A stretch of DNA of 64,000 nt. It comes from a virus. The notes beneath the pieces were generated by a model that was not told the origin of the DNA, did no database searches, and was given only the letters and a program-made list of their open reading frames with translations. The translations under genes were made by a program, and so were the position numbers. This document shows positions 7,848-17,387 of this stretch, in pieces. The stretch lies in IMG/VR virus record IMGVR_UViG_3300027749_000062, positions 1-64,000 of that record, one strand, 5' to 3'. Numbering within the stretch: position 1 is the first letter of the stretch; every line of letters starts with the position of its first letter.

Positions 7848-9563
7848 TTACTTTACCACCTGTGAAAAGTTGTTCTTCTTTTCAAATTTTACGATTGACC
7901 TAAACTTGTCAAAGAGTTGGTCGCCTTTATGTGATATGACAAATATATTTGTATCTTGTCCCATCTCATGTATCAGTTTCAAAAATTCATCTGTACCTAC
8001 TGTATCTAGGCTGGAATCAAACACCTCATCTAATATCAATAGATTTGTGTTCGTTGAATTTTTTAGTTTTGCAATTTGCCTCCATGTAAACAACAGAGCC
8101 AAATCAATACGCATCTTTTCACCTTCAGAGAAGTTGGAATAACTAAACTCATCACGGTGCCTAGATTTGATTGTTTCTTCAAAGTTCTCATTTAAGTTAA
8201 AGTTAACAAAGAAGTCCATAGCCTTCAGATACTTGTTGACAAACTTGTTTATGATTGGCAAATACTGTTTGATAATCTTGGTCTTAATACCATTATCTTT
8301 CAGTAGGGAAGCTGCATACTCATGATAGTGTTTATCAACAGACAGATTCTCTTGTTCTTTCTCCAAATTGGCCAAATCAGACCTGAGTTCTTTTAGTTTC
8401 TCATTTACATCTGTTAGATTGTCCTTGCGTTCACTCAATTCTTTAATTTCTTTATTCAATTTAACGATATAGTTATTGACGGCAGTGATTGTAGAATTGT
8501 GTTTAACGACCTCATTATTGTGTTCTGTAATGTGTTTGTTGATGGCAATTATTTCATTGGTTCTGGTAGTAAGTTTCGACATTTCATCTATGATGGTTTG
8601 CAAAGCGCCTTCTATTTCCGTTTTCTTGTTTTGCTTTTCTTCTACCTGAGAACTTTTCCACTCTGTTGTGATTATTTGTTTACATGTAGGACAATCATCA
8701 TTGTGTTCATAGAACTGAATGTCCTTCTCTACCTTCAAATAAGTAGATGACATTTTAGCTTCAACTTGTACAAACTTTTTATATCGTTTTTCAACATCTA
8801 ACTTGTCAGTAATTTTGGTAGATAGTTTTTCAATGTGTTTGTTAATCAGTTCAATATCTTTTGTCAGCTTTGAGTTAATTAACTCATTGTCTGCAATTTC
8901 CTGTTTCTTTTTGGCGATTTCTTCATCATTGTTTTTCTTGTGTTCTTCAATGTTGTGTTCCTGCAACAGTATTTTTTCATTCACCAGTTCAAGTGCATAC
9001 TTTGTTTTTGTTGTGGATTCTTTAATCGTGGCCATTCTTTCTTTGATTAGACCATTCATTGAAGTGAAAATTTGAATATCTAACAATTCTTCTATGATAG
9101 TACGCCGGTCAGCTGGTGACAATTGCATGAATGGTACAAATGCTGCTGATCCAAGAATAACGATTTGAGTAAAAGATTTGAAATTAAACTTCAAAATCGA
9201 TTTTTCTAGGAAATCTTGATAATCTTTCGCCCTGGCATCTTGATTTACTAAAATAGAATTGCAGTAAATTTCAAACAAATTTGGTTTAATCCCACGAACA
9301 ATCTTATATTGTTTTTTACCAATTGTGAATTCAACTTCAACTACAGTATCAGAGTTGTTAATGGAGTTTATAAGGTTTGGTTTGTTTATCTTACGAAAAG
9401 GCTTACCGAAAAGACCAAAACATAGTGCATCAAGAATCGTACTCTTGCCTGCGCCGTTATTGCCAATAATCAATGTGTTCGTTGATTTGTTGAGTTTGAT
9501 TTCGGTAAACGTATTGCCAGTGGACAATAAGTTCTTCCATCTAATCGTCTGAAAAATAATCAT
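7848..9563 (-). CDS. gp46: Recombination endonuclease ATPase subunit (Rad50/SbcC-like)
   Basis: GNNGAGKST, CPTC zinc hook, FSEGEKMRIDLALLF, LILDEVFDSSLD. Confidence 0.97.
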   Translation of the reverse strand: MIIFQTIRWKNLLSTGNTFTEIKLNKSTNTLIIGNNGAGKSTILDALCFGLFGKPFRKINKPNLINSINNSDTVVEVEFTIGKKQYKIVRGIKPNLFEIYCNSILVNQDARAKDYQDFLEKSILKFNFKSFTQIVILGSAAFVPFMQLSPADRRTIIEELLDIQIFTSMNGLIKERMATIKESTTKTKYALELVNEKILLQEHNIEEHKKNNDEEIAKKKQEIADNELINSKLTKDIELINKHIEKLSTKITDKLDVEKRYKKFVQVEAKMSSTYLKVEKDIQFYEHNDDCPTCKQIITTEWKSSQVEEKQNKKTEIEGALQTIIDEMSKLTTRTNEIIAINKHITEHNNEVVKHNSTITAVNNYIVKLNKEIKELSERKDNLTDVNEKLKELRSDLANLEKEQENLSVDKHYHEYAASLLKDNGIKTKIIKQYLPIINKFVNKYLKAMDFFVNFNLNENFEETIKSRHRDEFSYSNFSEGEKMRIDLALLFTWRQIAKLKNSTNTNLLILDEVFDSSLDTVGTDEFLKLIHEMGQDTNIFVISHKGDQLFDKFRSIVKFEKKNNFSQVVK

Positions 9564-10636
9564 GCTTGTTCTAGGTTCAGTGCCTCAACATAAAGTTCTT
9601 TTAACATAGTCTTTAGTTTTGTGTTATCGATGCCAGAGTTTTCCAGTGCATCAACGTATTTGTTAATGATGGTTATTGTATCCTCTGCTTCATCTATCTT
9701 ATCATCTTCCATACCTTCTGTCAAGTCTAAAGCGTCTTCAATAATGGTAATATCAAGTGGATTTACCATGTAGAGTTTGTTCATAAACTGGTCGAACAGA
9801 TACGGATTAATTTTGTTGACGGCAACAACTTTCACATATGAACCGGTAAACTTACTTAGGTCTTTTGCCATAACTTCTTGGATTGTTTCAACTTTATCAT
9901 CATAGACAATCCTGTGGAACATAACATTTGGATTCTTTAAGAAAGTAAGTTCTTTGCTTCCAAAATCAAAGATGTGAAAGCCCCTATCATCGCCATAGTC
10001 TTGCCAAGTAAGCTCATACGGGTTCCCGAGATAATGTATATCGTTAGCACTAGATTTATGGTGATAATGACCACTAAAAGTATGTGTAAACTTCCTAAAT
10101 AATCCACGATTCAATCCTTCTTCAGATGGCATGCCTCGATGCATGGCAAAACCTGCAATTTCAAAATGTCCCATGCATATCTCTGCATCGGTTTCTTTTA
10201 TTGTCTCCATACTATCTTCATAGTTTTCTGGACAAATCCAAGGCATCATACAAACTTTATGAGGACCAACATATATGTTTGATGGATGGTCAATCACATT
10301 TATATTACCATACTCTCTCAATAATAAATCTACAGAGTTAACGTCATTGGTGTTCTTGAAATATGTATCGTGATTACCTGCCAGCATATGTACTTCAATA
10401 CCTAGTTCTGCCAACTTATCAAAGAACATTTCTTTTGTTCTTTTGAGCGAGTAGAAGTTTACATATTTGCGCCTATCAAACGTGTCACCAAGAATAAGGA
10501 CAGTATTAATGTTGGCACTTGTGATAGCAGGAAAAAATGTTTCATTATAAAATTTTTCATAGTAATCCAAAAAGTGAACGGAGTCATTCCTGGCTCCAAA
10601 ATGTTGATCCGTGATTATTGCTACTTTCATATTCAC
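9560..10636 (-). CDS. gp47: Recombination endonuclease nuclease subunit (Mre11/SbcD-like)
   Basis: ITDQHFG, GDTFD, GNHD, GHFE, SGHYH metallophosphoesterase motifs; start may be ATG 10630. Confidence 0.97.
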   Translation of the reverse strand: MNMKVAIITDQHFGARNDSVHFLDYYEKFYNETFFPAITSANINTVLILGDTFDRRKYVNFYSLKRTKEMFFDKLAELGIEVHMLAGNHDTYFKNTNDVNSVDLLLREYGNINVIDHPSNIYVGPHKVCMMPWICPENYEDSMETIKETDAEICMGHFEIAGFAMHRGMPSEEGLNRGLFRKFTHTFSGHYHHKSSANDIHYLGNPYELTWQDYGDDRGFHIFDFGSKELTFLKNPNVMFHRIVYDDKVETIQEVMAKDLSKFTGSYVKVVAVNKINPYLFDQFMNKLYMVNPLDITIIEDALDLTEGMEDDKIDEAEDTITIINKYVDALENSGIDNTKLKTMLKELYVEALNLEQA

Positions 10637-11012
10637 ACATTACCCTATCTGTAAGTCTTACGATTCTTTTGCGGTATTCAAACCCTAACAAACTTGCCTT
10701 GTTGCCCTCTGCATACGGAGGATTCTTTCCTCTACTTGTATATTGTCCGGCAGTTAAGTCTATAATCTTGTTTTCTTTATCGATAGCCCACCAATGCCAA
10801 ACATCTTCATAGTCTAGAGCTTTATAGGTGTGCATTGCTTTATATCCAAAAATCTTATACAAACAACCAGTAGCATTATGGCAATGACCAAATAATGGAT
10901 TGGTGGAGTTTTTACCCCACCATTTTCTAGGTAACAGGTCATAGGTTAAGTTTTTAAGGATTAATCCAGAAATTATACCAAGGTTTTTCTCATTATAATC
11001 TAAAAGGTCCAT
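10584..11012 (-). CDS. Hypothetical protein with a papain/transglutaminase-like (YunG-like) Cys-His-Asp triad
   Basis: GHCHNAT...HWWA...IIDLTAGQY. Confidence 0.55.
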   Translation of the reverse strand: MDLLDYNEKNLGIISGLILKNLTYDLLPRKWWGKNSTNPLFGHCHNATGCLYKIFGYKAMHTYKALDYEDVWHWWAIDKENKIIDLTAGQYTSRGKNPPYAEGNKASLLGFEYRKRIVRLTDRVMCEYESSNNHGSTFWSQE

Positions 11013-11020
11013 GTTGTCAA
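10992..11020 (-). promoter_or_regulatory. Perfect-consensus sigma70 promoter upstream of gp47-gp46
   Basis: Minus strand TTGACA (11020-11015), 17-nt spacer, TATAAT (10997-10992). Confidence 0.85.
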
Positions 11021-11607
11021 GCGATTTCTTCTTTATCGTTCAAGAATGCCTTTTCTGCAAGTATTAATGCCATTTCACCTTCAGGTTCCAAGAAAGCCTC
11101 AATGCCTTTTGGTTTTTTAGCATTCTTTTTTTCTTCTTTTTTCTTGGATTGACCTAACTCATAAACCTCTATGAAGTCGGCAATATTATCATATAGTTCG
11201 AACTGCTTAGTGCCTCCTAAATCTAAATCCTGCATCTCATACTCACTTAGGATGCCCATCTGAGCTGTAGACTTGTACTTGATATATGTTTGCTTCTTTT
11301 CTTTCTGTATACGTCTGAGGAATGCAAAGTATATAATCTGTGTGAAGTATGCAAATGGATTGGAAGACTTAGCTGGATTGAAGTTCTCAAAATACATTAG
11401 ACAGTTTTCAATACCATCAGAAATCATTTCATCTCTGTAAGAATAACTAATAAAGTTTGGTTTGTGTGATAGACCCTCGGCAATTTTCATCCAACATTCA
11501 CCAATATAATTTGGTATTGGTTCTTTTGGATTCTCAGACTTACGTTCTTTGTATGCCAGGAGTTCTTGTAGAAAGGTCGCGTTGTTAATGTAATGTTTAG
11601 AGCTCAT
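11017..11607 (-). CDS. gp55: Late-transcription sigma factor
   Basis: HYINNATF, IPNYIGEC..KIAEGLSHKPNF..YSYRDEMISDGIENC, NPFAYFTQIIYFAFLRRIQKEKKQ; likely start MSSKHY at 11607 rather than 11673. Confidence 0.96.
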   Translation of the reverse strand: MSSKHYINNATFLQELLAYKERKSENPKEPIPNYIGECWMKIAEGLSHKPNFISYSYRDEMISDGIENCLMYFENFNPAKSSNPFAYFTQIIYFAFLRRIQKEKKQTYIKYKSTAQMGILSEYEMQDLDLGGTKQFELYDNIADFIEVYELGQSKKKEEKKNAKKPKGIEAFLEPEGEMALILAEKAFLNDKEEIA

Positions 11608-11678
11608 GCATGTATACCAAAATATGTGTTGACAAAAGGGCTTGACTAATGTTAGTCTCCCGGTGTTGACCATTTAAA

Positions 11679-12050
11679 TTAATGTAATACCTTTTCTTCT
11701 GGATCTAAGGCAATAAATGCCTTAATCATTAGGTCTCTAATTTTCTCAGGCAAAGGTTCTTCTTCAGATTCATTTTCAGCAAGTTGATCCACAGAGGTTT
11801 CATAATACTCGGCAAATTCTTCTTTTGGTGTTGTCATAAAAACAACGTCTTTAGAGTGAATAACAACTTCATTCTTTTCAACAAATTGGACTGGTAAGTA
11901 AGGAGCTAAAGTAATATGTGAAACTGGTCCGCGGTTTTGCACTTGAAATTCCATTGGATTAATTAAAAGAAATATATCAGCTTTTATTTCATCAATGACG
12001 GATACAATGTCTGTGCCATCCAATAATCTGACTATTTTGATGTTATTCAT
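11679..12050 (-). CDS. Conserved T4-like hypothetical protein (Sm-like fold) after uvsW
   Basis: IKIVRLLDGTDIVS...LINPM pattern; position between uvsW and gp55. Confidence 0.6.
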   Translation of the reverse strand: MNNIKIVRLLDGTDIVSVIDEIKADIFLLINPMEFQVQNRGPVSHITLAPYLPVQFVEKNEVVIHSKDVVFMTTPKEEFAEYYETSVDQLAENESEEEPLPEKIRDLMIKAFIALDPEEKVLH

Positions 12051-13561
12051 TTTTTTAGTCCTATCTTATAGGTTTTAAATGGGAACTTCTCATCAGTATA
12101 TATCTTAACTCTTTCAATAAAATGTTTTAATGTAAAATTCATATGTTTCTTATAACGTAAATCATCTGCAATATCATATAGTGTTGCAATTTCTTTTCCT
12201 TCATTTTGCCTTAAACCTCGTCCAATTGATTGCAGGTTTCTGACTCTACTTTTAGAAGGTGAAGCAAAAATAATATTATGGAGATTACGAATATTAATCC
12301 CAGTGCTAAAGGTACCAAAAGAAGCCACAACAATAGCGTCATTTTCCGTCTCCATAATTTTCCTAATACTTTCTCTATCGTCTGTTTCCGTTTTACCTGA
12401 AATGAAAAAGACCTTTCGTTCACCAATTTTCTCGGTGTTCTTAATCATATCATAGAGGATTTGTCCATGCTTGGCAACCATTTGATATAATATAAGTGTA
12501 TTATTACCTAAACTAACCGCAAGATTCTTAATGAACTTATTTCTTTGTTCGTTCGCAATAAGATATTGTATTTCTTCCTGATAGTCTTTGCTTTTCATTT
12601 CCAAGCATACTTCATCTGGATGTTTCAAAATAAGACACTTTATTTCAAATTTTGATAGTTCATTCTTGTCAATCAGTTCTTTTGTCGTTATAACGCGATT
12701 GGTTGAACCGAAGAGCCCTTCCAATACTAACTTATGCGTCTTAGTGCCGTCAAGCGTTCCAGTGAGTCCTATTCGATATTTTGCGTTGGTACATGCAGTT
12801 AAAATGCTTGTAAGTGATTGAGCCTTGAATAAATGCGCTTCATCACCAATAACATAGTCAAATTGTTCAAAATATTTTTTAGGCAATTGATATAACGATT
12901 GCCATGTGGAAATAGTTACAGATTTATCTGTAAACTTATCTTTACCTTGATAAATTCTGTGGACGTGTTTGTCATTTTCAAAATTTGTTTCAGCTGAATA
13001 ATCACCAAAATCTGAATATAATTGTTCAACCAAAGAAGTTGTTGGAACAATAATCAGTCCTTTTAATTTCTGATAGTCCATTAACTGTCGAACAATCAAA
13101 TATATGATTAACGATTTACCTGATGCTGTAGGAGATAACAATAAAGCTCTGCGAGTTTGCATTGCATGGCAAAATGCATCCACCTGATGTTCTCTTATTT
13201 CAATCTTCTTACCTCTTGATGAAAGTTGCAAACTGTCTGCAAACTTTTTGGCATGATAGACTGAGAATTCATCTTCAATATCTAAATGATCCGAATCTTC
13301 ACTATAACCAATCGTATAGTCCCTAGATTCACAGAACTCTTGTAGATACTTTATTAAACCAATATACAGGTGATTAGTTCTTAAGTCCAATAGGCGGATT
13401 TTGCCATCCCATATTCTATTACGATATGCTGGAACAAACTGATAACCTGGAACAAAGAAAGTAAAAAACTCTGAGATTTCTTGAGATATGTGTTTCTCAC
13501 ATTTTATCTTCAAGTATACTTCATTAACCTTAGAGATAAATACATGATTACTGTCCTCCAA
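12047..13561 (-). CDS. uvsW: SF2 DNA helicase UvsW
   Basis: LSPTASGKSLIIY, GDEAHLFKA, GLTGTLDG, QSIGRGLR. Confidence 0.97.
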   Translation of the reverse strand: MEDSNHVFISKVNEVYLKIKCEKHISQEISEFFTFFVPGYQFVPAYRNRIWDGKIRLLDLRTNHLYIGLIKYLQEFCESRDYTIGYSEDSDHLDIEDEFSVYHAKKFADSLQLSSRGKKIEIREHQVDAFCHAMQTRRALLLSPTASGKSLIIYLIVRQLMDYQKLKGLIIVPTTSLVEQLYSDFGDYSAETNFENDKHVHRIYQGKDKFTDKSVTISTWQSLYQLPKKYFEQFDYVIGDEAHLFKAQSLTSILTACTNAKYRIGLTGTLDGTKTHKLVLEGLFGSTNRVITTKELIDKNELSKFEIKCLILKHPDEVCLEMKSKDYQEEIQYLIANEQRNKFIKNLAVSLGNNTLILYQMVAKHGQILYDMIKNTEKIGERKVFFISGKTETDDRESIRKIMETENDAIVVASFGTFSTGINIRNLHNIIFASPSKSRVRNLQSIGRGLRQNEGKEIATLYDIADDLRYKKHMNFTLKHFIERVKIYTDEKFPFKTYKIGLKK

Positions 13562-13982
13562 TGAATCTCTCCCATGCGATATATTCTCTTAGTTGCCATG
13601 TTCGTTGTTTTAATTCACCCATTATGGATTCAACCACCGATACTACCTCCTCATGATACATTTTTTTCTCAAGCAATTTAATTAAATCATTGTCTGATTC
13701 TAGGTAGGTGGGCATATCAGATTTAAGAGTGTACCCAAACTGTTCCCAACCATATTTCTCAAGTTCATCTTTGTCCATTTTTCCAGAATAGTATTCGTAT
13801 TTAATCTTACGCATACGGGTATAATCAAAATGGATCCGTTTGGATGCAATTTTGTGTTTGGTAAGTATAGACAAATACTTGTTGTGTAGTTTAGGTATTT
13901 TTAGAAGTTCTTTGCCGGGTTCTGTCTGGTCTATTTCTGAATCGGCTGTCCAGTATTCTAAAATTTGTTCAAGGTTTTCCAT
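13548..13982 (-). CDS. uvsY: Recombination mediator UvsY
   Basis: IPKLHNKYL, KYEYYSGK, YLESDNDL, W.RFIGG; synteny gp3-uvsY-uvsW. Confidence 0.92.
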   Translation of the reverse strand: MENLEQILEYWTADSEIDQTEPGKELLKIPKLHNKYLSILTKHKIASKRIHFDYTRMRKIKYEYYSGKMDKDELEKYGWEQFGYTLKSDMPTYLESDNDLIKLLEKKMYHEEVVSVVESIMGELKQRTWQLREYIAWERFIGGQ

Positions 13983-13999
13983 AATATAAAATAAAAAAG

Positions 14000-14527
14000 T
14001 TAAGCTGGAGTTATATTAAAATATGAATATTGAAATGTTGCTGTTGCTGTTATAATTGTATCTGCATCTAATTGCGTATCAAACTTAATGTCTGATAGTG
14101 AAATAGGAAACATTCTCTGATAATTTATTCTCAATAATGGATTATTTAGGGCAGACATAATAGTTAAAGTTGCATCACAATAATAACTGTTATCTGTAGT
14201 AAATTGATTTTGTAATTGATTGAGTCTATTTCTTTCACTTAAACTATTTGGTGAACCAATTGCCAACATCCATTTATACAATTCATTCCACGACAGTAAC
14301 TGTTCATCTACAATAAAAGTTATATTAAACTCACTATATGACAGTTTATTTCCTGCAATAGGAACATCTCGCAATGGAGTTGTAAATGTGGATTCACTTA
14401 AAGTTACACCAGGCAAATTTGCTTCTTGACAAAAATATTGTACAGTAGGCAACCTTTCAAAAGCCAAGATAAACTTGGACGATTGTAACGGATTCGTATT
14501 CTCTGGTGTTCTAGATAATGCAGACAT
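14000..14527 (-). CDS. gp3: Tail tube terminator / tail completion protein
   Basis: P.VQYFCQEANLPGV, FIVDE.L..W.ELYKWM, FPISLSDIKFD, ATATFQYSYF. Confidence 0.9.
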   Translation of the reverse strand: MSALSRTPENTNPLQSSKFILAFERLPTVQYFCQEANLPGVTLSESTFTTPLRDVPIAGNKLSYSEFNITFIVDEQLLSWNELYKWMLAIGSPNSLSERNRLNQLQNQFTTDNSYYCDATLTIMSALNNPLLRINYQRMFPISLSDIKFDTQLDADTIITATATFQYSYFNITPA

Positions 14528-14700
14528 TACTTAGTCTTTTTGTTGTAATTGCGTTTTTTCTTTTGTGGTGTTTCTGTAACAGGTGTTTCAATAACCGGTG
14601 CAATAACTTCTTCTTCAACCTTAGGTGTTGTTACCGCATCCAACGGATGTTCAAATTTAGATTCTCTTTTGGTGAAGAAAGATTTAATGAATTTAATCAT
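14527..14700 (-). CDS. 57-aa late small protein (below the ORF-track cutoff)
   Basis: MIKFIKSFFTKRESKFEHPLDAVTTPKVEEEVIAPVIETPVTETPQKKKRNYNKKTK*; AAGGA RBS; its TAA overlaps the gp3 ATG (TAATG); CTAAATA motif upstream at 14731-14737. Confidence 0.8.
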   Translation of the reverse strand: MIKFIKSFFTKRESKFEHPLDAVTTPKVEEEVIAPVIETPVTETPQKKKRNYNKKTK

Positions 14701-14742
14701 GATTATTTCCTTTATAAGTTAACATACACCTATTTAGGCGCC

Positions 14743-14772
14743 AAAAAAAAGGGAACCCGAAGGTTCCCTTTT
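14743..14772 (-). terminator. Rho-independent terminator after gp23
   Basis: Minus strand AAAAGGGAACC-TTCG-GGTTCCC followed by T8; cUUCGg tetraloop typical of T4-like phages. Confidence 0.92.
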
Positions 14773-14799
14773 AAATACCTCTCTGCGGAGGTTCCCTGA

Positions 14800-16137
14800 T
14801 TACATCAAGTTTTTAACTGCAAATAGACGGTAATACACATTTGCTTGTGAAGTCAATAGGCCATTGCCTTTTGTGATACCTTCTGCGAATGGGTTTGCAA
14901 CCATGCCGTAACGAGTCTTGAATCCAATTTTTGGTTGGAATGTGAACTGGTCAACTGCACGAACCATTTGTAGAGGAACGTATGGGCAGTAGAATAGACC
15001 AGCGTCATAAGGAGAAGAACCCTTATAACCGATAGTAACCAATTCTTGGTTAGATGTATAACCACCATAGTATGGATCGATATACACTTTGATACGACCG
15101 TGTAACAAACCTGCAAAGGTGTTACCTGTATCATCAACTTGTAGGTCAGCTTGTAGAGCAGGTGTGTAAGAAAGAACACCGGCCATTGCCATCGCAGAAG
15201 CAACGTCAGATGAAACAATCATCACGTTACCTTTACCACGACGAGTTTGTTTTGCAATTACGTTTGCATCACGTTCAACTTGGAAAATCAAGCCTTTGAA
15301 ACGCTCAACAGACCAACGGCCGTTAGAGTCAGTATCAAGGTCAAAATAACCAGCAGTAGTTGTACCGTATTGAGCACCAATTTTTGCTACGTTGTAGATT
15401 GTACGGATAACTTCACGGTTGATTTCAGCAAGAATCTCAGTAGAAAGAATGTTGCTCAATTCTGTTTCAGCATCCAAACCGTGGATAGCTTTCAAGTCTT
15501 GTGCAAGTTCTAGTGAGTATTCAGCTTTCAACGCACGGCTTTGAGCAGTAACAGTAACTTTCTCGATTGAGAATGCCATTTGTTGGAATGCTGCACCGGC
15601 TTCTGAACCAAGCAATTCCGCATTAGCTGTTGGCATACCGATACCAGAAGTGGTATTAGCAGTGCCTGAAGCATTGATTTGGAAGAATGTGTTTGAGTCT
15701 GTCGCTGTTGTACCTGTGAAACCATATGGATTCAATGAAGAATTCATACCAGAGAAAATGGTATTAGCTTCGTTGTAGAATGCTTCTGGGTTACTTGAAC
15801 CTTGACCAGTGTAACGAGCTCGCATTGCGAAAATCAAACCTGTAGGACCAGTCATTGGTTGAACACCAGCAACATCATACGCAATTAGGTTAGGCAATGA
15901 ACGACGAACCAAGCTGATTAAGATTGGGTCAAAGTTAGAGATACCACCAGCTACGTTTGTAGGACCATTGTCTGTCAAAGTCTCATTAAGAGCTTGACGG
16001 TCTTGACGCATTGCTTGGTGTTGATTTTCCAAAACAAGTGCAGTAACTGCTTTCTTGTATGGGTCTTTGATGGATGCCAATTCTGGATGTTCCAAAACTG
16101 GTGCCCATTTTTGTTGTAGTTCTTCTGTCATATACAT
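14800..16137 (-). CDS. gp23: Major capsid protein
   Basis: DPILISLVRRSLPNLIAYD..GVQPMTGPTGLIFAMR, SRALKAEYSLELAQDLKAIHGLDAE, FQPKIGFKTRYG. Confidence 0.99.
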   Translation of the reverse strand: MYMTEELQQKWAPVLEHPELASIKDPYKKAVTALVLENQHQAMRQDRQALNETLTDNGPTNVAGGISNFDPILISLVRRSLPNLIAYDVAGVQPMTGPTGLIFAMRARYTGQGSSNPEAFYNEANTIFSGMNSSLNPYGFTGTTATDSNTFFQINASGTANTTSGIGMPTANAELLGSEAGAAFQQMAFSIEKVTVTAQSRALKAEYSLELAQDLKAIHGLDAETELSNILSTEILAEINREVIRTIYNVAKIGAQYGTTTAGYFDLDTDSNGRWSVERFKGLIFQVERDANVIAKQTRRGKGNVMIVSSDVASAMAMAGVLSYTPALQADLQVDDTGNTFAGLLHGRIKVYIDPYYGGYTSNQELVTIGYKGSSPYDAGLFYCPYVPLQMVRAVDQFTFQPKIGFKTRYGMVANPFAEGITKGNGLLTSQANVYYRLFAVKNLM

Positions 16138-16168
16138 GAGGGTTTCTCCTTGTGTGAAATTGATTTTT

Positions 16169-16175
16169 TATTTAT
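16169..16175 (-). promoter_or_regulatory. gp55-dependent late promoter for gp23
   Basis: ATAAATA about 30 nt before the start, followed by AGGAGA RBS. Confidence 0.75.
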
Positions 16176-17350
16176 TACTTTAGTGATTTAGAAATACCGG
16201 CGACATATTGGTCGATTGAAGGATCAGATGAACGCGGTGTCTTCTTTTCTTCTTCGATTAAAACTTCATCATCTAAAGCTGAATCCGTTGCAACTGTATA
16301 GTCTTCTTTGAAATACGATGACTTCAAAGTTTCTAGTTTGGTTGCGAATTCATCTTCTGTAGTAAATTCCACACTCTCTGCGAGCGATTTTAATTTTTCT
16401 ACTTGAGTTTGTGTCAAGCCGTCGCATGCTTCATAAACAGCTTCGACTTTCTTTTGCTCGTTTAACTCTTTAGTTAAAGCGATACCTTTTGTGATTTGTT
16501 CGTTAAGAGCATCTTCAAGTTCTGCAACTTTTCCTGCCATTTCTGAAACAACATCAACTTTGTCTTCTGGAATATCAATATAGTGTTCGATGAATAGATT
16601 GCGTAGACCACCAATGAAGTCTTCTGCAATTTCTGAACGTAGACCATTTTCAATAGCCAATTCATTTTGTTCCATCCACTCATTAACCATATAGTTTAGA
16701 TACTCATCAACCTTACCTGCTAGTTCTTCTTTGATTTCTTCAACAGCAGATTCGAATTGTTCAACTAATTGTTTTTCAACTTCTTCAGCAATAACTTCGA
16801 TGCGAGACATAACTGCTGCTTCGAAAATTGTAGTTGCCTTTTGTTTGAATTCTTCTGAAAGGTTTTCGCCTTCTAGTAATGCCTTAACATCATCAGACAT
16901 ATCTAAATTCTCAGAATAAGACTGGAATGTAGCGCCTGGATTTGCTTGCATTGTTTGTTTTGGTGGTTTACCAGCAATACGGTCACGGATAGCATCATAC
17001 TGTGATTCTGTGCCTTGAACACCGCCTGGATCACTACTACCAGTATCACCAGCTTTATCTTGACCTGGTTGGCCTTTTAATTTCATCATTCCTTGTGCGC
17101 TAACTGGAGGTGTTGCACCTGGAGGTGTTGCTGTTGGAACGCCCTTTAGGTAATCTGGTAATGGATCATTAACATCATTTGGTGAATCGCCAATTTTACC
17201 TGCGTCTTGCTGGCCATAAGCAATAGATGTTGATAGTTTTCCACCCTTGTTTCCGGGCCCACGCTTTGCTGCAATATTTGAATCGAAAGTTTCTTTAGCA
17301 CCTTCTAGAATAGCAGTAGCGGCTTCTGACAGTTTAAATCTGTTTGTCAT
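16175..17350 (-). CDS. gp22: Prohead core scaffolding protein
   Basis: LSEEFKQKATTIFEAAV, VDEYLNY...W..N.LAIE.GLRSEIAEDF; long Pro/Gly-rich N-terminal region. Confidence 0.94.
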   Translation of the reverse strand: MTNRFKLSEAATAILEGAKETFDSNIAAKRGPGNKGGKLSTSIAYGQQDAGKIGDSPNDVNDPLPDYLKGVPTATPPGATPPVSAQGMMKLKGQPGQDKAGDTGSSDPGGVQGTESQYDAIRDRIAGKPPKQTMQANPGATFQSYSENLDMSDDVKALLEGENLSEEFKQKATTIFEAAVMSRIEVIAEEVEKQLVEQFESAVEEIKEELAGKVDEYLNYMVNEWMEQNELAIENGLRSEIAEDFIGGLRNLFIEHYIDIPEDKVDVVSEMAGKVAELEDALNEQITKGIALTKELNEQKKVEAVYEACDGLTQTQVEKLKSLAESVEFTTEDEFATKLETLKSSYFKEDYTVATDSALDDEVLIEEEKKTPRSSDPSIDQYVAGISKSLK

Positions 17351-17377
17351 TTAAAAATCTCCTTGATTTTGATTATT

Positions 17378-17385
17378 TATTTATA
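17378..17385 (-). promoter_or_regulatory. T4 late promoter for gp22
   Basis: Exact TATAAATA consensus. Confidence 0.85.
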
Positions 17386-17387
17386 GA

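Noticed and set aside
11608-11673. N-terminal extension of gp55 in the ORF track
   Set aside because: Similarity to gp55 begins at MSSKHYINN; the upstream part looks like regulatory DNA.
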